Positions 1-8,667 of a stretch of DNA of 64,000 nt are shown here, piece after piece; within the stretch, counting starts at the first letter, position 1, and the number at the start of each line of letters is the position of its first letter. The DNA comes from a virus, in the IMG/VR virus record IMGVR_UViG_2784746744_000001, positions 1 to 64,000 of that record; one strand, 5' to 3'. The notes beneath the pieces were generated by a model that did no database searches, was not told the DNA's origin, and was given only the letters and a program-made list of their open reading frames with translations. The position numbers were made by a program, and so were the translations under genes.

Positions 1-1113
1 TTATTTCTGGGTCTTTGCAGCTTCAAAGGATTCGAGTTTAGCGATGGCTTGCTCCGCCAACGTCGTCTTGCCGCCGAGGTAGTGAGTATCGAGAATCGAT
101 TCTACGTCCTTGAGGCTGTGACCGGTGATAGACGCGATCTGTGCTGTCGAGCACCCGGCAATCGCCAGCCTTGTAACCGCGGTCCCTCGCAGGTCGTGGA
201 ATGTGAGGTCCGCACAGCCAGCCTTGTTTTTTGCTTTCGACCAGCTGGTGTTGAACCCGTCCTTCGTCCAAGGACGCTTGTGTTTCATGCTGGTGAGGAT
301 AACCGGCGAGATGTGAGGCATACCATCCAGCAGCGTCTTCAGCGGTCCGCCGATCGGTATTTTCACACGTGCGCCAGTCTTGCTTTGCTTCACCTTAATC
401 GAGGAGCCGTCGTAATCGCTCCACGGAGCCGTCAGGAGGTCTCCCTTGCGCTGGCCGGTCCATAGAGCCATCACTACCGCTGCTTTGATCTCAGCGGACG
501 CTATGGCAAAAAGCGCCTCAAGCCTGTCGTCAGTCCAGATGTTCTCTGTCCGATCGGCGCTATATAGCCTGCCGCCGCGTTCCGCGAGGTTGATCGTGAT
601 ACGGCCGCGGTCCTTTGCGCACGAGAGGACGCGTGCGAGCACCGACCAGGCCAGATCTGCGGTGCGTGGCCGGTCGGCCATCGTGTCTCGCCATTCCTTG
701 AACTTGCCGCGAGCGCGCTTGTCCTGCAGCATTGGCAACGTCATGTCGCCAAACTCGTCGCGGATCTGGTCCAGGTAGCGATTGTATTCCTTCTGCGTCT
801 TTGGCGCTGTCTTGGTGAAGTCGGCTGACGCCTTGTACTCGGTGATCAGCTTGTTCATGTTTTCGCCGGGCTCCACGAAGCGATCTTTCGTCGCTTCAAC
901 GAAAGCACGCATGAGAAGCGGATCACCCGGCTGCAGAGGCCGACCAGCCTTGTCCTTGAGGAGTGGGCCGCCACGCCAAGCATAGCAGTAGGTGATGATC
1001 TTACCGCTTGCGAGGCGCTTTTTTACCGTCGCCAGTCCCTTGAGCTTTTCTCGCGTCACGTTCGCGCTCCCATTTGTCGAACTCATCTTCGACGTTGTCG
1101 TTCGCAGCCACAA
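1..1113 (-). CDS. int: tyrosine-type phage integrase
   Basis: 370-aa ORF. C-terminal catalytic region with HDLRGT...H..Y pattern (R-H-R-Y family). Start may be a downstream Met because of the overlap with the Xis-like gene. Confidence 0.9.
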   Translation of the reverse strand: MWLRTTTSKMSSTNGSANVTREKLKGLATVKKRLASGKIITYCYAWRGGPLLKDKAGRPLQPGDPLLMRAFVEATKDRFVEPGENMNKLITEYKASADFTKTAPKTQKEYNRYLDQIRDEFGDMTLPMLQDKRARGKFKEWRDTMADRPRTADLAWSVLARVLSCAKDRGRITINLAERGGRLYSADRTENIWTDDRLEALFAIASAEIKAAVVMALWTGQRKGDLLTAPWSDYDGSSIKVKQSKTGARVKIPIGGPLKTLLDGMPHISPVILTSMKHKRPWTKDGFNTSWSKAKNKAGCADLTFHDLRGTAVTRLAIAGCSTAQIASITGHSLKDVESILDTHYLGGKTTLAEQAIAKLESFEAAKTQK

Positions 1114-1297
1114 GGCCGCTTATCTCGTCCAGCTTCGCGTCGATCGCTCTTCTGTCCCATTTGCGCGTGCCGGGCACAGCCGGCGGCATTTTGTGGGTGG
1201 CCACCCAAAGAGAGAACGTAGACTCGCCGATCCCCAGATAGGCAGCGGCTTCGCGGCGGCCCACGAGGCGAGGGGAGTTGTCGTTGGCGGCGGTCAC
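1001..1297 (-). CDS. AlpA/excisionase-like HTH DNA-binding protein. Carries two AANDN motifs
   Basis: 98 aa. REAAAYLGIGESTFSLWV helix-turn-helix typical of the AlpA/Xis family. Adjacent to the integrase. Confidence 0.7.
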   Translation of the reverse strand: MTAANDNSPRLVGRREAAAYLGIGESTFSLWVATHKMPPAVPGTRKWDRRAIDAKLDEISGLVAANDNVEDEFDKWERERDARKAQGTGDGKKAPRKR

Positions 1298-2724
1298 GGC
1301 CCCAGCTCCCTCGTCTGCGGGGATGGGGCTTCCGAATTGCTATAATGCCAGTCTCGAAACTTCTGTGAAGCTGGCTTAGACTGCCGATTGCGGTATCTTG
1401 CTACGGCTATGGAAAGATGATGGGCAACGAGCGAATGAGTGAGAAAGAATGCTGGTTTTGCAAGAATACTATTCCCGAAAGTGACAAAGGTGCTGTGCAC
1501 ATGCATGTCAGAAATCTCTGGTCTGCTGGAAGGCGTCAGCCTTCTCAGGAGTTTTTTGCACACGCCGAATGCGCGAGCGAACACCTGAGCGTTGGCTACA
1601 AGTTCGATCCCGCCGATCTGCTCAGCTCGTAGTAGGCAGTGAGCGACGCTCGTTTGCGGGGATGGGCCCGCCTTGAAGCGCCCGTAGCCGCTGCAATCGG
1701 GGCAGTTACTTTCGCAATCCTCGATCTCTTCCGTCGTTTTGGCTGAAATGTAGCGGTCCCAATCCTTGATCAGGTTGCCGGTCCCTGAGCATCGGTCGCA
1801 TGGAATGTCGCCATCCGCGCAACCAATCAAGTCCACATGGTTTTCGGGCGCGGGTATTGAAGCAACATCGAGAGACTCTATTTCTCGTGAGCCATGTACT
1901 GTGTTCCGCCGAAGGCCTGCGCCTGGGCTGACCGGTGCGGGCCCTCCTTTCAATTCGCCATTTCGAGCCGCTTCATGACTACTAATGCCGACTGGGTGCG
2001 TTACAGCGCTGTTGAGGAAACCGCGAGCGGATGGAGCGTTATCGAAAACGCCACCGGATTGGCCTTCCTTATCGAGGGTGTGCCGATGGTCTTGCTGCGG
2101 AAAGACGTCGCTTTCGCTCTGGCGCGAACGCTCAACGAAATCGCGACCAAAGGAATAACTGTCCATTGATGCTTCCTGCGGCAGCGATTTCCCGCTCTGA
2201 GTGCTGCCGAGCTTATTAACATCTGCTGATATGTAGTGATCGGAAGGGCGATCCGTTAAAGACGCGCCGTCGCAAGCGCTTTTGGCATCTGCGTCCTCGG
2301 AAGGTCGGCGCACCCCTATTGCTGGCCTTCCATCCACCTGATGCTCGGGTGGAACCATAACTCCCTGAGAGCCTTGTAGAGCGGGCTCGTACCTGCTCAT
2401 CGAGTCTAGAGGCTGGTCGCTGCCCCCGCGATCAGCCTTTGATGCGGCCATAGGTGTCTGGGGTGCGGGTGTCATCCAGTCAGCTTTTTGGCACAATCCA
2501 GCAAATTCGTCGCGATCTTGAAAGCCCACGCAATTGCCAACGGCTAAGCTCGGGTCTCCTCCTGGCTTTGCAATCGGGAGGTCGGACGCATGTTCCCCGA
2601 ATTTCGAGATAGGGGTGGCAAACGTCTGGGCTGTCGCCTCGACTTTGGAAATAGAGGCGGCAGCCAGATCACTATCAGCTGAAGCAGGAGCGGCCGAAGC
2701 CGCCCCCTTGATATCCGCGCGCAT
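1294..2724 (-). CDS. hypothetical protein with two DnaJ-type CxxCxGxG zinc-finger motifs (possibly over-extended ORF)
   Basis: 476-aa ORF. CDRCSGTGN and CPDCSGYGR motifs. The N-terminal part is low-complexity, so the real start may be internal. An AT-richer plus-strand ORF at 1417-1632 competes. Confidence 0.4.
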   Translation of the reverse strand: MRADIKGAASAAPASADSDLAAASISKVEATAQTFATPISKFGEHASDLPIAKPGGDPSLAVGNCVGFQDRDEFAGLCQKADWMTPAPQTPMAASKADRGGSDQPLDSMSRYEPALQGSQGVMVPPEHQVDGRPAIGVRRPSEDADAKSACDGASLTDRPSDHYISADVNKLGSTQSGKSLPQEASMDSYSFGRDFVERSRQSESDVFPQQDHRHTLDKEGQSGGVFDNAPSARGFLNSAVTHPVGISSHEAARNGELKGGPAPVSPGAGLRRNTVHGSREIESLDVASIPAPENHVDLIGCADGDIPCDRCSGTGNLIKDWDRYISAKTTEEIEDCESNCPDCSGYGRFKAGPSPQTSVAHCLLRAEQIGGIELVANAQVFARAFGVCKKLLRRLTPSSRPEISDMHVHSTFVTFGNSILAKPAFFLTHSLVAHHLSIAVARYRNRQSKPASQKFRDWHYSNSEAPSPQTRELGP

Positions 2725-2996
2725 CAGGCTGCCCGCCGGCGCTGCTGATGGCCGTTGTCGTTTGCCGCACGCGGTGCGACTGTGCCGCTGGCAACGCGCA
2801 GCGCGCAGGCAATCACCCGGTGGCGGCTACCACGACGGCGTGGCGCCTCATGCCATTTGGCGACCTGTGCAAGCACGGCCGGCGTGTTGGTGTCAGGGGA
2901 AAGGTTGGCGATGACCTGCAGGGTGTCTTCCTGCGTGGTCGGAGTGAAGTCGTTGTGGAACTGCTGGGCAAGCTTCTTCGCTTCATGCTGTCTCAT
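2724..2996 (-). CDS. hypothetical small protein (C-terminal AANDN motif)
   Basis: 90 aa. Stop overlaps the start of the downstream gene. Contains PRAANDNG. Confidence 0.4.
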   Translation of the reverse strand: MRQHEAKKLAQQFHNDFTPTTQEDTLQVIANLSPDTNTPAVLAQVAKWHEAPRRRGSRHRVIACALRVASGTVAPRAANDNGHQQRRRAA

Positions 2997-3032
2997 GATG
3001 GTCTCCTTCTGGTGGTGGTTGGTCGGTGGTGG

Positions 3033-3200
3033 TTAGATTTTCGCGAGTTCCATCGCGAGGTCCCATTCGGCCAGCTGGAAGCCGATCGCAAACGCGAGAG
3101 CGACCACGACGAGGGCGAACGTGATCGCTTGCGAAATGTCGCGGTGAGTTTCAAGCTGGATTTTCTGGATTGGGGTGATGTGGATGTGACCGCGCTTCAT
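3033..3200 (-). CDS. small membrane protein (about 55 aa)
   Basis: Internal Met of ORF 3033-3524 preceded by GGAGGA. ATGA overlap with the upstream small gene. One predicted TM helix. Confidence 0.35.
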   Translation of the reverse strand: MKRGHIHITPIQKIQLETHRDISQAITFALVVVALAFAIGFQLAEWDLAMELAKI

Positions 3201-3375
3201 GCTGCGGTCCTCCAGTGGGTGGGCTCGTAGTAGACGTACGTCGAGCCGTCGGGGACGAACCACAAATTTCCATTGCGCTTGAGCTTCTGCTCGTTGCGAG
3301 CGCCAGCTGCGTCGTCGATTTTCGTGTCGACAACCAGCCCAACCGGCGGAAGTGCCTCGGTGAGTTTCTTCCACA
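3197..3375 (-). CDS. hypothetical small protein (about 59 aa, coordinates approximate)
   Basis: Minus-strand ORF MWKKLTEALPPVG... Translationally coupled (ATGA) to the flanking small genes and missed by the 60-aa ORF cut-off. Confidence 0.35.
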
Positions 3376-3564
3376 TCAGACGGAGTTCCGCTGGTTTGCG
3401 CGGGCCTTGTCACGGCGCTTGCCGGACGGGCGACCATGGCGCTTAGCCCTGTGGTCAGGCCGGGCCATAGGCTCGGCAGAAGATGCAGCATTGCGGGAAG
3501 GGTAGTAGTCACCTGCCTCGTCATACAGTTCGACGAGGCAAGGTCTTCTGCTTGAAAGTGGCAT
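3376..3564 (-). CDS. hypothetical basic small protein (62 aa)
   Basis: Start is preceded by the phage-typical CACCACCAGAGGAGA leader motif. Lys/Arg-rich C-terminus. Confidence 0.45.
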   Translation of the reverse strand: MPLSSRRPCLVELYDEAGDYYPSRNAASSAEPMARPDHRAKRHGRPSGKRRDKARANQRNSV

Positions 3565-3645
3565 GAGAGCCGTCTCCTCTGGTGGTGTACACCGCATTGG
3601 TGGTGCGGTGAGAGGAGAATGCTTTAATCCAAACGTGGAGTCAAT

Positions 3646-3658
3646 ATCCAAATTGGAT
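3646..3658. promoter_or_regulatory. operator-like palindrome ATCCAAATTGGAT (type A), downstream of repressor 1
   Basis: 11-bp odd palindrome TCCAA-A-TTGGA. Same element is repeated in the divergent promoter region at 4419-4475. Confidence 0.5.
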
Positions 3659-3662
3659 CAAT

Positions 3663-4388
3663 TTAGTATTTTCCTGATAGAACGATTGGATGGACGCTTA
3701 CGACGTCCTCGCGAGCGAATCGTATTTCGCCTTCTGGATTATATTGACGCAGGACCAAGTCGGAACCCGCCCAGCCCACGAACTCCTTCACATAACCGAG
3801 CGGAGGAAGATCCTCTGAGGCTGGCCTTATCTGCACGATGACGTCGTCGCCTCGACGAGATGGCTTGGTGGGATGAACGTACACGGTTTCGCCAGCCTTG
3901 TAGCGAGGCCACATCGACTCGCCGTCAATGTAGACTGCGTAGGCGTTCGGCACGTTTTGCAGTGAGGGTGGGCAGGCGACATAATCGAGAACGTGGCCAT
4001 TGAAGCTATACTCGCCGCCTTCTCCGCCGACGGCCTCGCCCAATACGGGAAGCATCATTTCCAAGCGATTCGTGGGAATGTGCCCCATAATTCGAGCGTC
4101 AGGAGCGCCCGCGCCTGTGGACGTACCGTTGGTTGGAACCCTGCTAGGCACTGCGAAGAATTTTCCGGCAGCGCTCTCCCCACTCGCTTCCTTCATCAGC
4201 TGTCGCATCTCGTCTTCAGCAATGCCTAGGAGGGCAGCCAGTTCACGCCATTTGCGCGGCGACGATGTGTTTCCGCGGAAGATCTCGGAGATGGCTTGAG
4301 GAGTCATTTCCAGCCTGTCTGCGATCTCCACCTGGCTAATATTTAATTCTTTAGCTCGGGCGACGAGCAGGTCAGACAGCTGGGACAC
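3663..4388 (-). CDS. cI/LexA-like phage repressor (HTH_XRE plus S24 peptidase domain)
   Basis: N-terminal HTH (LNISQVEIADRLEMTPQAISEIFRG). C-terminal LexA-like domain with G-E-S-M Ser and K-A-G-E Lys dyad context. Confidence 0.85.
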   Translation of the reverse strand: MSQLSDLLVARAKELNISQVEIADRLEMTPQAISEIFRGNTSSPRKWRELAALLGIAEDEMRQLMKEASGESAAGKFFAVPSRVPTNGTSTGAGAPDARIMGHIPTNRLEMMLPVLGEAVGGEGGEYSFNGHVLDYVACPPSLQNVPNAYAVYIDGESMWPRYKAGETVYVHPTKPSRRGDDVIVQIRPASEDLPPLGYVKEFVGWAGSDLVLRQYNPEGEIRFAREDVVSVHPIVLSGKY

Positions 4389-4418
4389 GTTTTTTTATCT
4401 CCGTTTTTCAACGTCTTA

Positions 4419-4475
4419 CCATTTTGGATATAAAAAAGCAAATCAAGCAATTGACTCCAAATCCAAATTGGATAT
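4419..4475. promoter_or_regulatory. divergent promoter/operator region with one full and two half copies of the TCCAAATTGGA palindrome
   Basis: Full site at 4462-4472. Half-sites TTGGATA at 4424-4430 and TCCAAAT at 4455-4461. Sits immediately upstream of the repressor 1 start. Confidence 0.5.
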
Positions 4476-4779
4476 TGATTGCGCTGTCACCAGATGGCGG
4501 GGGCCTGACGGAGACGAAACAACATGGCGGAAAACACACAATCCTGCACAAGAAGAAGAGCGAAGCTCCACGGTACTGACAGAAGTGGCTTAACGCGGGA
4601 GCGTGGGCCACCAAGAAGAAGCCAACCGGGCATCCCGACCCAAGCGGGATAAGACCCTAAGACGCGGCCAAACAAATTTAGGAGGTTCATTTGATACAGG
4701 AAAATAGCGGCAGAAGAATAGTTGAAAAACAGGGGGGTCGGAGAAGAGCCGACCCGCAGGCCAAGCCACCTTAAAAGCA

Positions 4780-4812
4780 AGCCCGCATGACGCGGGCTTT
4801 TCCTTTTTTTGA
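4780..4812 (+). terminator. rho-independent terminator (GC hairpin plus T-run)
   Basis: aagcccgcatgacgcgggctt followed by ttcctttttttg. Also sits just 3-prime of the minus-strand gene 4847-5635. Confidence 0.55.
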
Positions 4813-4846
4813 GGGCACCAGTTTGGCAATGCAACCCTGCAGTCCG

Positions 4847-5635
4847 TCACTCCAAGCTCACCAGATAGTAGTAGTCGCTCTCACGCTCTTCGATCGTGTA
4901 GGTGATGCCGACGGTGGCGTTTGCATTCGTTAGAACGGAAGCTGAGCATGTCGTCAGCTTGCCTGATTGGGAAACTGTCGAAATGTTAGTGACGTCTTTG
5001 ACGCCAACCTTCAGAAGATTCAGCGGAATGTCTGGGAAGATTGCCTTGACCTGCGCGACACTCAACGACGAGTCGCACGTAGGTGTCGCAAGCCCCAGAT
5101 ATGGCCTCGTGAAGCCTGCGGATGCAAATATCGAGAAAACGACCGAAGCCACCCACGCCAGCATTGTGTATTGCTTCATGCGGAGCCGGCGATTTCGAAT
5201 GAAGATATACAGCGGAGCGAGAAGTAGAGCTCCGAAGAATGGTGTCGCTTCTTTGCGCCGTCCACTTGCCCGCACGGCTTTCTCGTCAAGCGCCGCCAAC
5301 ACTCCGTTTGCCGCTGCGTATGCGAGGAAGATAGCCGGAGTTGTCACTCCGCCATATGATTGCGTAAGTACCGCCTCGATCGCCCAGCCGATTGCCGGTA
5401 CCGTAGCGAGTGTCCAAATCCAGAAACTGTTGATCTCTGATATCGGCAGAGGCGGTGGCGAGCCATCATCTCGCAAGTCATCGACCTCGGCGAACCTGCG
5501 CCAGGTGCTGCCGAGAGATCCGGTCCACACCAGCGTGTCGCTGTTGATGGCGCCGCTTTTGAATTTCGAGATTAATTCGTCGCGAGAGACCGGGCCGAAA
5601 CGCCCGCCATTGTCGCTGTAATGCCAGTCAGTCAT
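4847..5635 (-). CDS. membrane protein with N-terminal GYF_2/DUF4339-like domain
   Basis: 262 aa. N-terminal WHYSDNGGRFGPVSRDEL...DTLVW motif, then multiple TM helices and a C-terminal extracytoplasmic domain. Confidence 0.6.
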   Translation of the reverse strand: MTDWHYSDNGGRFGPVSRDELISKFKSGAINSDTLVWTGSLGSTWRRFAEVDDLRDDGSPPPLPISEINSFWIWTLATVPAIGWAIEAVLTQSYGGVTTPAIFLAYAAANGVLAALDEKAVRASGRRKEATPFFGALLLAPLYIFIRNRRLRMKQYTMLAWVASVVFSIFASAGFTRPYLGLATPTCDSSLSVAQVKAIFPDIPLNLLKVGVKDVTNISTVSQSGKLTTCSASVLTNANATVGITYTIEERESDYYYLVSLE

Positions 5636-5878
5636 CGATGCCCCTCAGATCCCATGAGGAGAATAGCACGATGGATGAGTTCTGGAAGTTGCATGGGCGA
5701 AACGCTGACAAGAAAGAATGCTTACAGACAGCAAGTCGACCCTAAGGCCGACACCACTCGCTTAGCGACTTGCGTCTGAAGTTCGTACTAGACCGAGGAG
5801 GAGACCTGCTTCGTGGGCGTGGCTTTACTCAAGGTCGTTCCATATCGACACCACATCGACAAAAGGCTTGGAACATAT

Positions 5879-5894
5879 TTTGGCAAATTTGTCA
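5879..5894. promoter_or_regulatory. operator-like palindrome TTGGCAAATTTGTCAA (type B) 3-prime of repressor 2
   Basis: Near-perfect 16-bp inverted repeat around ACAAATTTGT. Confidence 0.45.
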
Positions 5895-5903
5895 ACAATC
5901 GGA

Positions 5904-6509
5904 TCACACGCGCTCGGCGAGCACGATGACATGCACCGCGGTAAGATCGCTGACAGTGACTGGATCGCCGGCATAGCGGCTAAGGCGCGCCGTTTCGCCA
6001 AGCTCTTCGAGGCGGCCAATCCATGCCAGTCCACCACGGCTGTGAGCAATCACGTCGTTGCCAGGCTTCGGCCAGACGGTAGGGTCAAGCCACACCTTGC
6101 AGCCGACCTTGAAGACCGGCTCCATCAGCTTAGTGTCAACGATCACTGCGTAGCGGCCATCGGGAACCGCCTTGCGCGTCGAATCAAATTTGAACTTGCC
6201 GTCCTTTCGGTCGGAAACACGACCGTAGGTGCTTGCTTTCGCAAAGGCGGTGAGGGGAGCGATCTTCCCGTCAACCGCGGCATGGCGTGCCTCCTCCACG
6301 AACTCGGCAAGTTTTTCCTCGGAGATGTTGAGGAAGGAAGCCAGCTTTGGGCGGGGAAGGCGAGGCAGGCTGTAGCGCTTCCACGTGCTGAAAGTCTGCT
6401 GCTGCTCGCCCAGTTCGCCGGCCGTTTCTCGGTCGGTCAGATTGCGCTCTCTTTGCTTATCGATAAGCATCTGCGCGAAGCGGGATTTCTTCTCAGGCAT
6501 TCGGTTCAC
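5904..6509 (-). CDS. second HTH_XRE/S24-like repressor (LexA-like C-terminal domain without an obvious catalytic Ser)
   Basis: 201 aa. N-terminal HTH. C-terminal beta-rich LexA/UmuD-like fold motifs (VIVDTKLMEP...GNDVIAH...WIGRL). Confidence 0.75.
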   Translation of the reverse strand: MNRMPEKKSRFAQMLIDKQRERNLTDRETAGELGEQQQTFSTWKRYSLPRLPRPKLASFLNISEEKLAEFVEEARHAAVDGKIAPLTAFAKASTYGRVSDRKDGKFKFDSTRKAVPDGRYAVIVDTKLMEPVFKVGCKVWLDPTVWPKPGNDVIAHSRGGLAWIGRLEELGETARLSRYAGDPVTVSDLTAVHVIVLAERV

Positions 6510-6510
6510 C

Positions 6511-6526
6511 TTGACAAATTTGTAAA
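6511..6526. promoter_or_regulatory. conserved 16-mer TTGACAAATTTGTAAA (type B operator, overlapping promoter elements) in the repressor 2 / Cro-like switch region
   Basis: Identical 16-mer recurs at 18782-18797 and 62635-62650. Contains the perfect 10-bp palindrome ACAAATTTGT. A minus-strand TATAAT lies at 6530-6535. Confidence 0.55.
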
Positions 6527-6608
6527 ATAATTATAGGGTGCAAACGTAAATTTCAAGTATCCGCAAGCCGACCAAGCTTCGGTGCTTCTTCATCACAAGA
6601 GGAGAGAC

Positions 6609-6917
6609 ATGACAAAAATCACCAGCGATCAGCTGGCGAAAATGCACGACCGTCGCCTGAGAGGCGAAAGCTGTGTCGATATCGCCAGATCCTTCGGTCT
6701 TAACGAGATGACCGTCTACCAGCGTCTTCGCCGCGAGTTCGGCCTTGATGTCTACAAATTCCCTCCGCCTGTTGCTGCCAACGACAACGTGCCAGGCCGA
6801 GTTCGTAAAATGACTGCACACAACGGCGGATGCTCGACACTGAGCGGCAAGATGCCGGTCACTCTGGTTCGTATCCCGACCCTTGACGGTCCGGCGCCGA
6901 CGCAGGTGGCAGCATGA
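6609..6917 (+). CDS. Cro/CII-like HTH regulator (sigma70 region-4-like HTH). Contains AANDN
   Basis: Start MTKIT preceded by AAGAGGAGAGAC. HTH motif CVDIARSFGLNEMTVYQRLR. Confidence 0.55.
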   Translation: MTKITSDQLAKMHDRRLRGESCVDIARSFGLNEMTVYQRLRREFGLDVYKFPPPVAANDNVPGRVRKMTAHNGGCSTLSGKMPVTLVRIPTLDGPAPTQVAA

Positions 6918-7198
6918 GCCAGTGCGATTGCGAGACTTTTGACGCCGGTGACTGGGTCGAATGCCAGCTTGATACCGACCTTTTTGGTATCGTCGTCGGT
7001 GATGCTGATTTCGGTCGCATCGTGAGCGTACAGCTCGCCGGCTCCCTCGAAATCCGTCCATTCTTCGCCGTCACACTGCGCCACGTCGCTCCCAAGGAGC
7101 CGCCGGCTGTCGAGAACGACGACACCAACGTCATCCACGTGGACTTCACCAAGCCGCGTGCGCTGGATGCCAACACCACCACAGAAGGAGCTGCGTAA
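6914..7198 (+). CDS. hypothetical protein
   Basis: 94-aa ORF, ATGA-coupled to the upstream gene. Confidence 0.4.
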   Translation: MSQCDCETFDAGDWVECQLDTDLFGIVVGDADFGRIVSVQLAGSLEIRPFFAVTLRHVAPKEPPAVENDDTNVIHVDFTKPRALDANTTTEGAA

Positions 7199-7199
7199 C

Positions 7200-8399
7200 A
7201 TGGGGAAGTTTGAAAAAGGTCAGTACGTCCGCAGAACCAAGGGCAGTTCGCTGCACACTGCTGCTGGGATCCATGAGGCCGGTTTTGTCGGTCAGGTTTC
7301 TGCAGTCGAGATTTCGACCTGCGGCGCAGAGCTGCTCTTCACGAACGGCCAGCGCGGCATCGCCGACAAGTATGAGCCGTGGGTGCCAAAGGTCGGTGAT
7401 CGGGTGACCACCAATATGACCACACGCGTCAATATCGAGCGGCATTGGAACCATCATTTCCGACGTTCCGAAGGCGATATCATCAATGGTGCACTTGTTG
7501 TGACCAGTGTTTCGGAAAAAAACACCGGCAGCAATATCGGCCTTAGCAACAAGGAAGGCCGCAGCTTCTTCTTCATGCCCGAATCGACACTGCGACCTGC
7601 CGATCCGGCTCCCGCCGCCCTCACCATCGAAGCCGGCAAGTTCTACAAGACGCGCGATGGCCGGAAGGTCGGGCCGATTGTGAAGGCGCAATGGGGCTAC
7701 GGACCAGATTGGCTGTGGTCGGTTGAGCATCCGTTCGTCGCCTCCTGCGGCAAGGCGTGGCGCGCAGATGGCACCTTCTCGACAGTAGCTGGCCGCTCGG
7801 ATGAGGCTGACCTCGTTGCCGAATGGGTCGACGAGCCGGCCAGCAATGACAACGGCGGCATCGCCAGTCTGATTGGCAAGTCCGTCACGGTTCAGATCAC
7901 GAAGCCGAAGTTCGAAGTCGGCGATCGCGTGAATAAAACGGACTGGCAGAGTTACAGCCCGAAGGGATATCTCGTGACACAAATCACGTCGGACAGGCTT
8001 TGGCTGGATCCCGGCAATGGGATGGCGCCGGTCAGCTACAAACTGCCGGATGAGGAATTCTGGTTAGTTACAACGAAGCCTGCCACCACCCCCGCCATCG
8101 TCGCCCTCATCGAAAACGGCCAGCCTAAGCCGTCGTCCACCCCGCACGTCCATGCCGACGAAGCCAAGGCTGGCAAGGAAGCGGCCCGTCTTGCCGGTGT
8201 CTACAAGGGCAAGGAGTTCGGCGTCTTCGTCCTGACCTCGAGTGCCCAGCAGGCCGCGCCGGTCTACAAGCACGAATGGCAGCGCCTGGCTGCCAATGGC
8301 AACAAGATCGGCGCCATCAAGGAACTGCGGGCCGCCAACGACCTGACGCTCAAGGGCGCCAAGGATGCCGTCGAGCACTGGCTCGCAACGGCCGCCTAA
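7200..8399 (+). CDS. hypothetical protein with C-terminal ribosomal L7/L12-CTD-like segment. Contains ASNDN
   Basis: 400 aa. C-terminal KIGAIKELRAANDLTLKGAKDAVE resembles the L7/L12 C-terminal domain motif. Confidence 0.5.
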   Translation: MGKFEKGQYVRRTKGSSLHTAAGIHEAGFVGQVSAVEISTCGAELLFTNGQRGIADKYEPWVPKVGDRVTTNMTTRVNIERHWNHHFRRSEGDIINGALVVTSVSEKNTGSNIGLSNKEGRSFFFMPESTLRPADPAPAALTIEAGKFYKTRDGRKVGPIVKAQWGYGPDWLWSVEHPFVASCGKAWRADGTFSTVAGRSDEADLVAEWVDEPASNDNGGIASLIGKSVTVQITKPKFEVGDRVNKTDWQSYSPKGYLVTQITSDRLWLDPGNGMAPVSYKLPDEEFWLVTTKPATTPAIVALIENGQPKPSSTPHVHADEAKAGKEAARLAGVYKGKEFGVFVLTSSAQQAAPVYKHEWQRLAANGNKIGAIKELRAANDLTLKGAKDAVEHWLATAA

Positions 8400-8463
8400 C
8401 CACTCCACCACCATCACCACAGCACGGCCGTGCGGCTAACCACCGCACGGCGAGAGGAGACCT

Positions 8464-8667
8464 ATGTCCAGACATCGCTCGACGACCAATCCCTACGCGA
8501 CCAGCCTGACCCGAACCGGCAAGCTGGATATGACCAACCGCAAGCCGTACCGTACGGCTGCCCAGCAGGCCGACGCCCGCTCGACGGCTGTGAAGGTGAA
8601 CGGCACTTTCGTGTCGAACGCACCGGTCAGCTACCACCGCTCGCCGAAAAAGCAGGTGGCCGCATGA
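8464..8667 (+). CDS. hypothetical small basic protein
   Basis: 67 aa. Strong leader GAGAGGAGACCT before the ATG. Confidence 0.5.
   Translation: MSRHRSTTNPYATSLTRTGKLDMTNRKPYRTAAQQADARSTAVKVNGTFVSNAPVSYHRSPKKQVAA

Noticed and set aside
3033-3524. 163-aa ORF taken as a single gene
   Set aside because: It conflicts with two small genes that have good RBSs and ATGA coupling (3376-3564 and about 3197-3375). Only its C-terminal 55 aa (3033-3200) appears to be a real small membrane protein.
5770-6049. Small ORFs 5770-5976 (+) and 5825-6049 (-) overlapping the repressor 3-prime end
   Set aside because: They overlap the well-supported repressor gene and operator. They have no RBS and low-complexity products.
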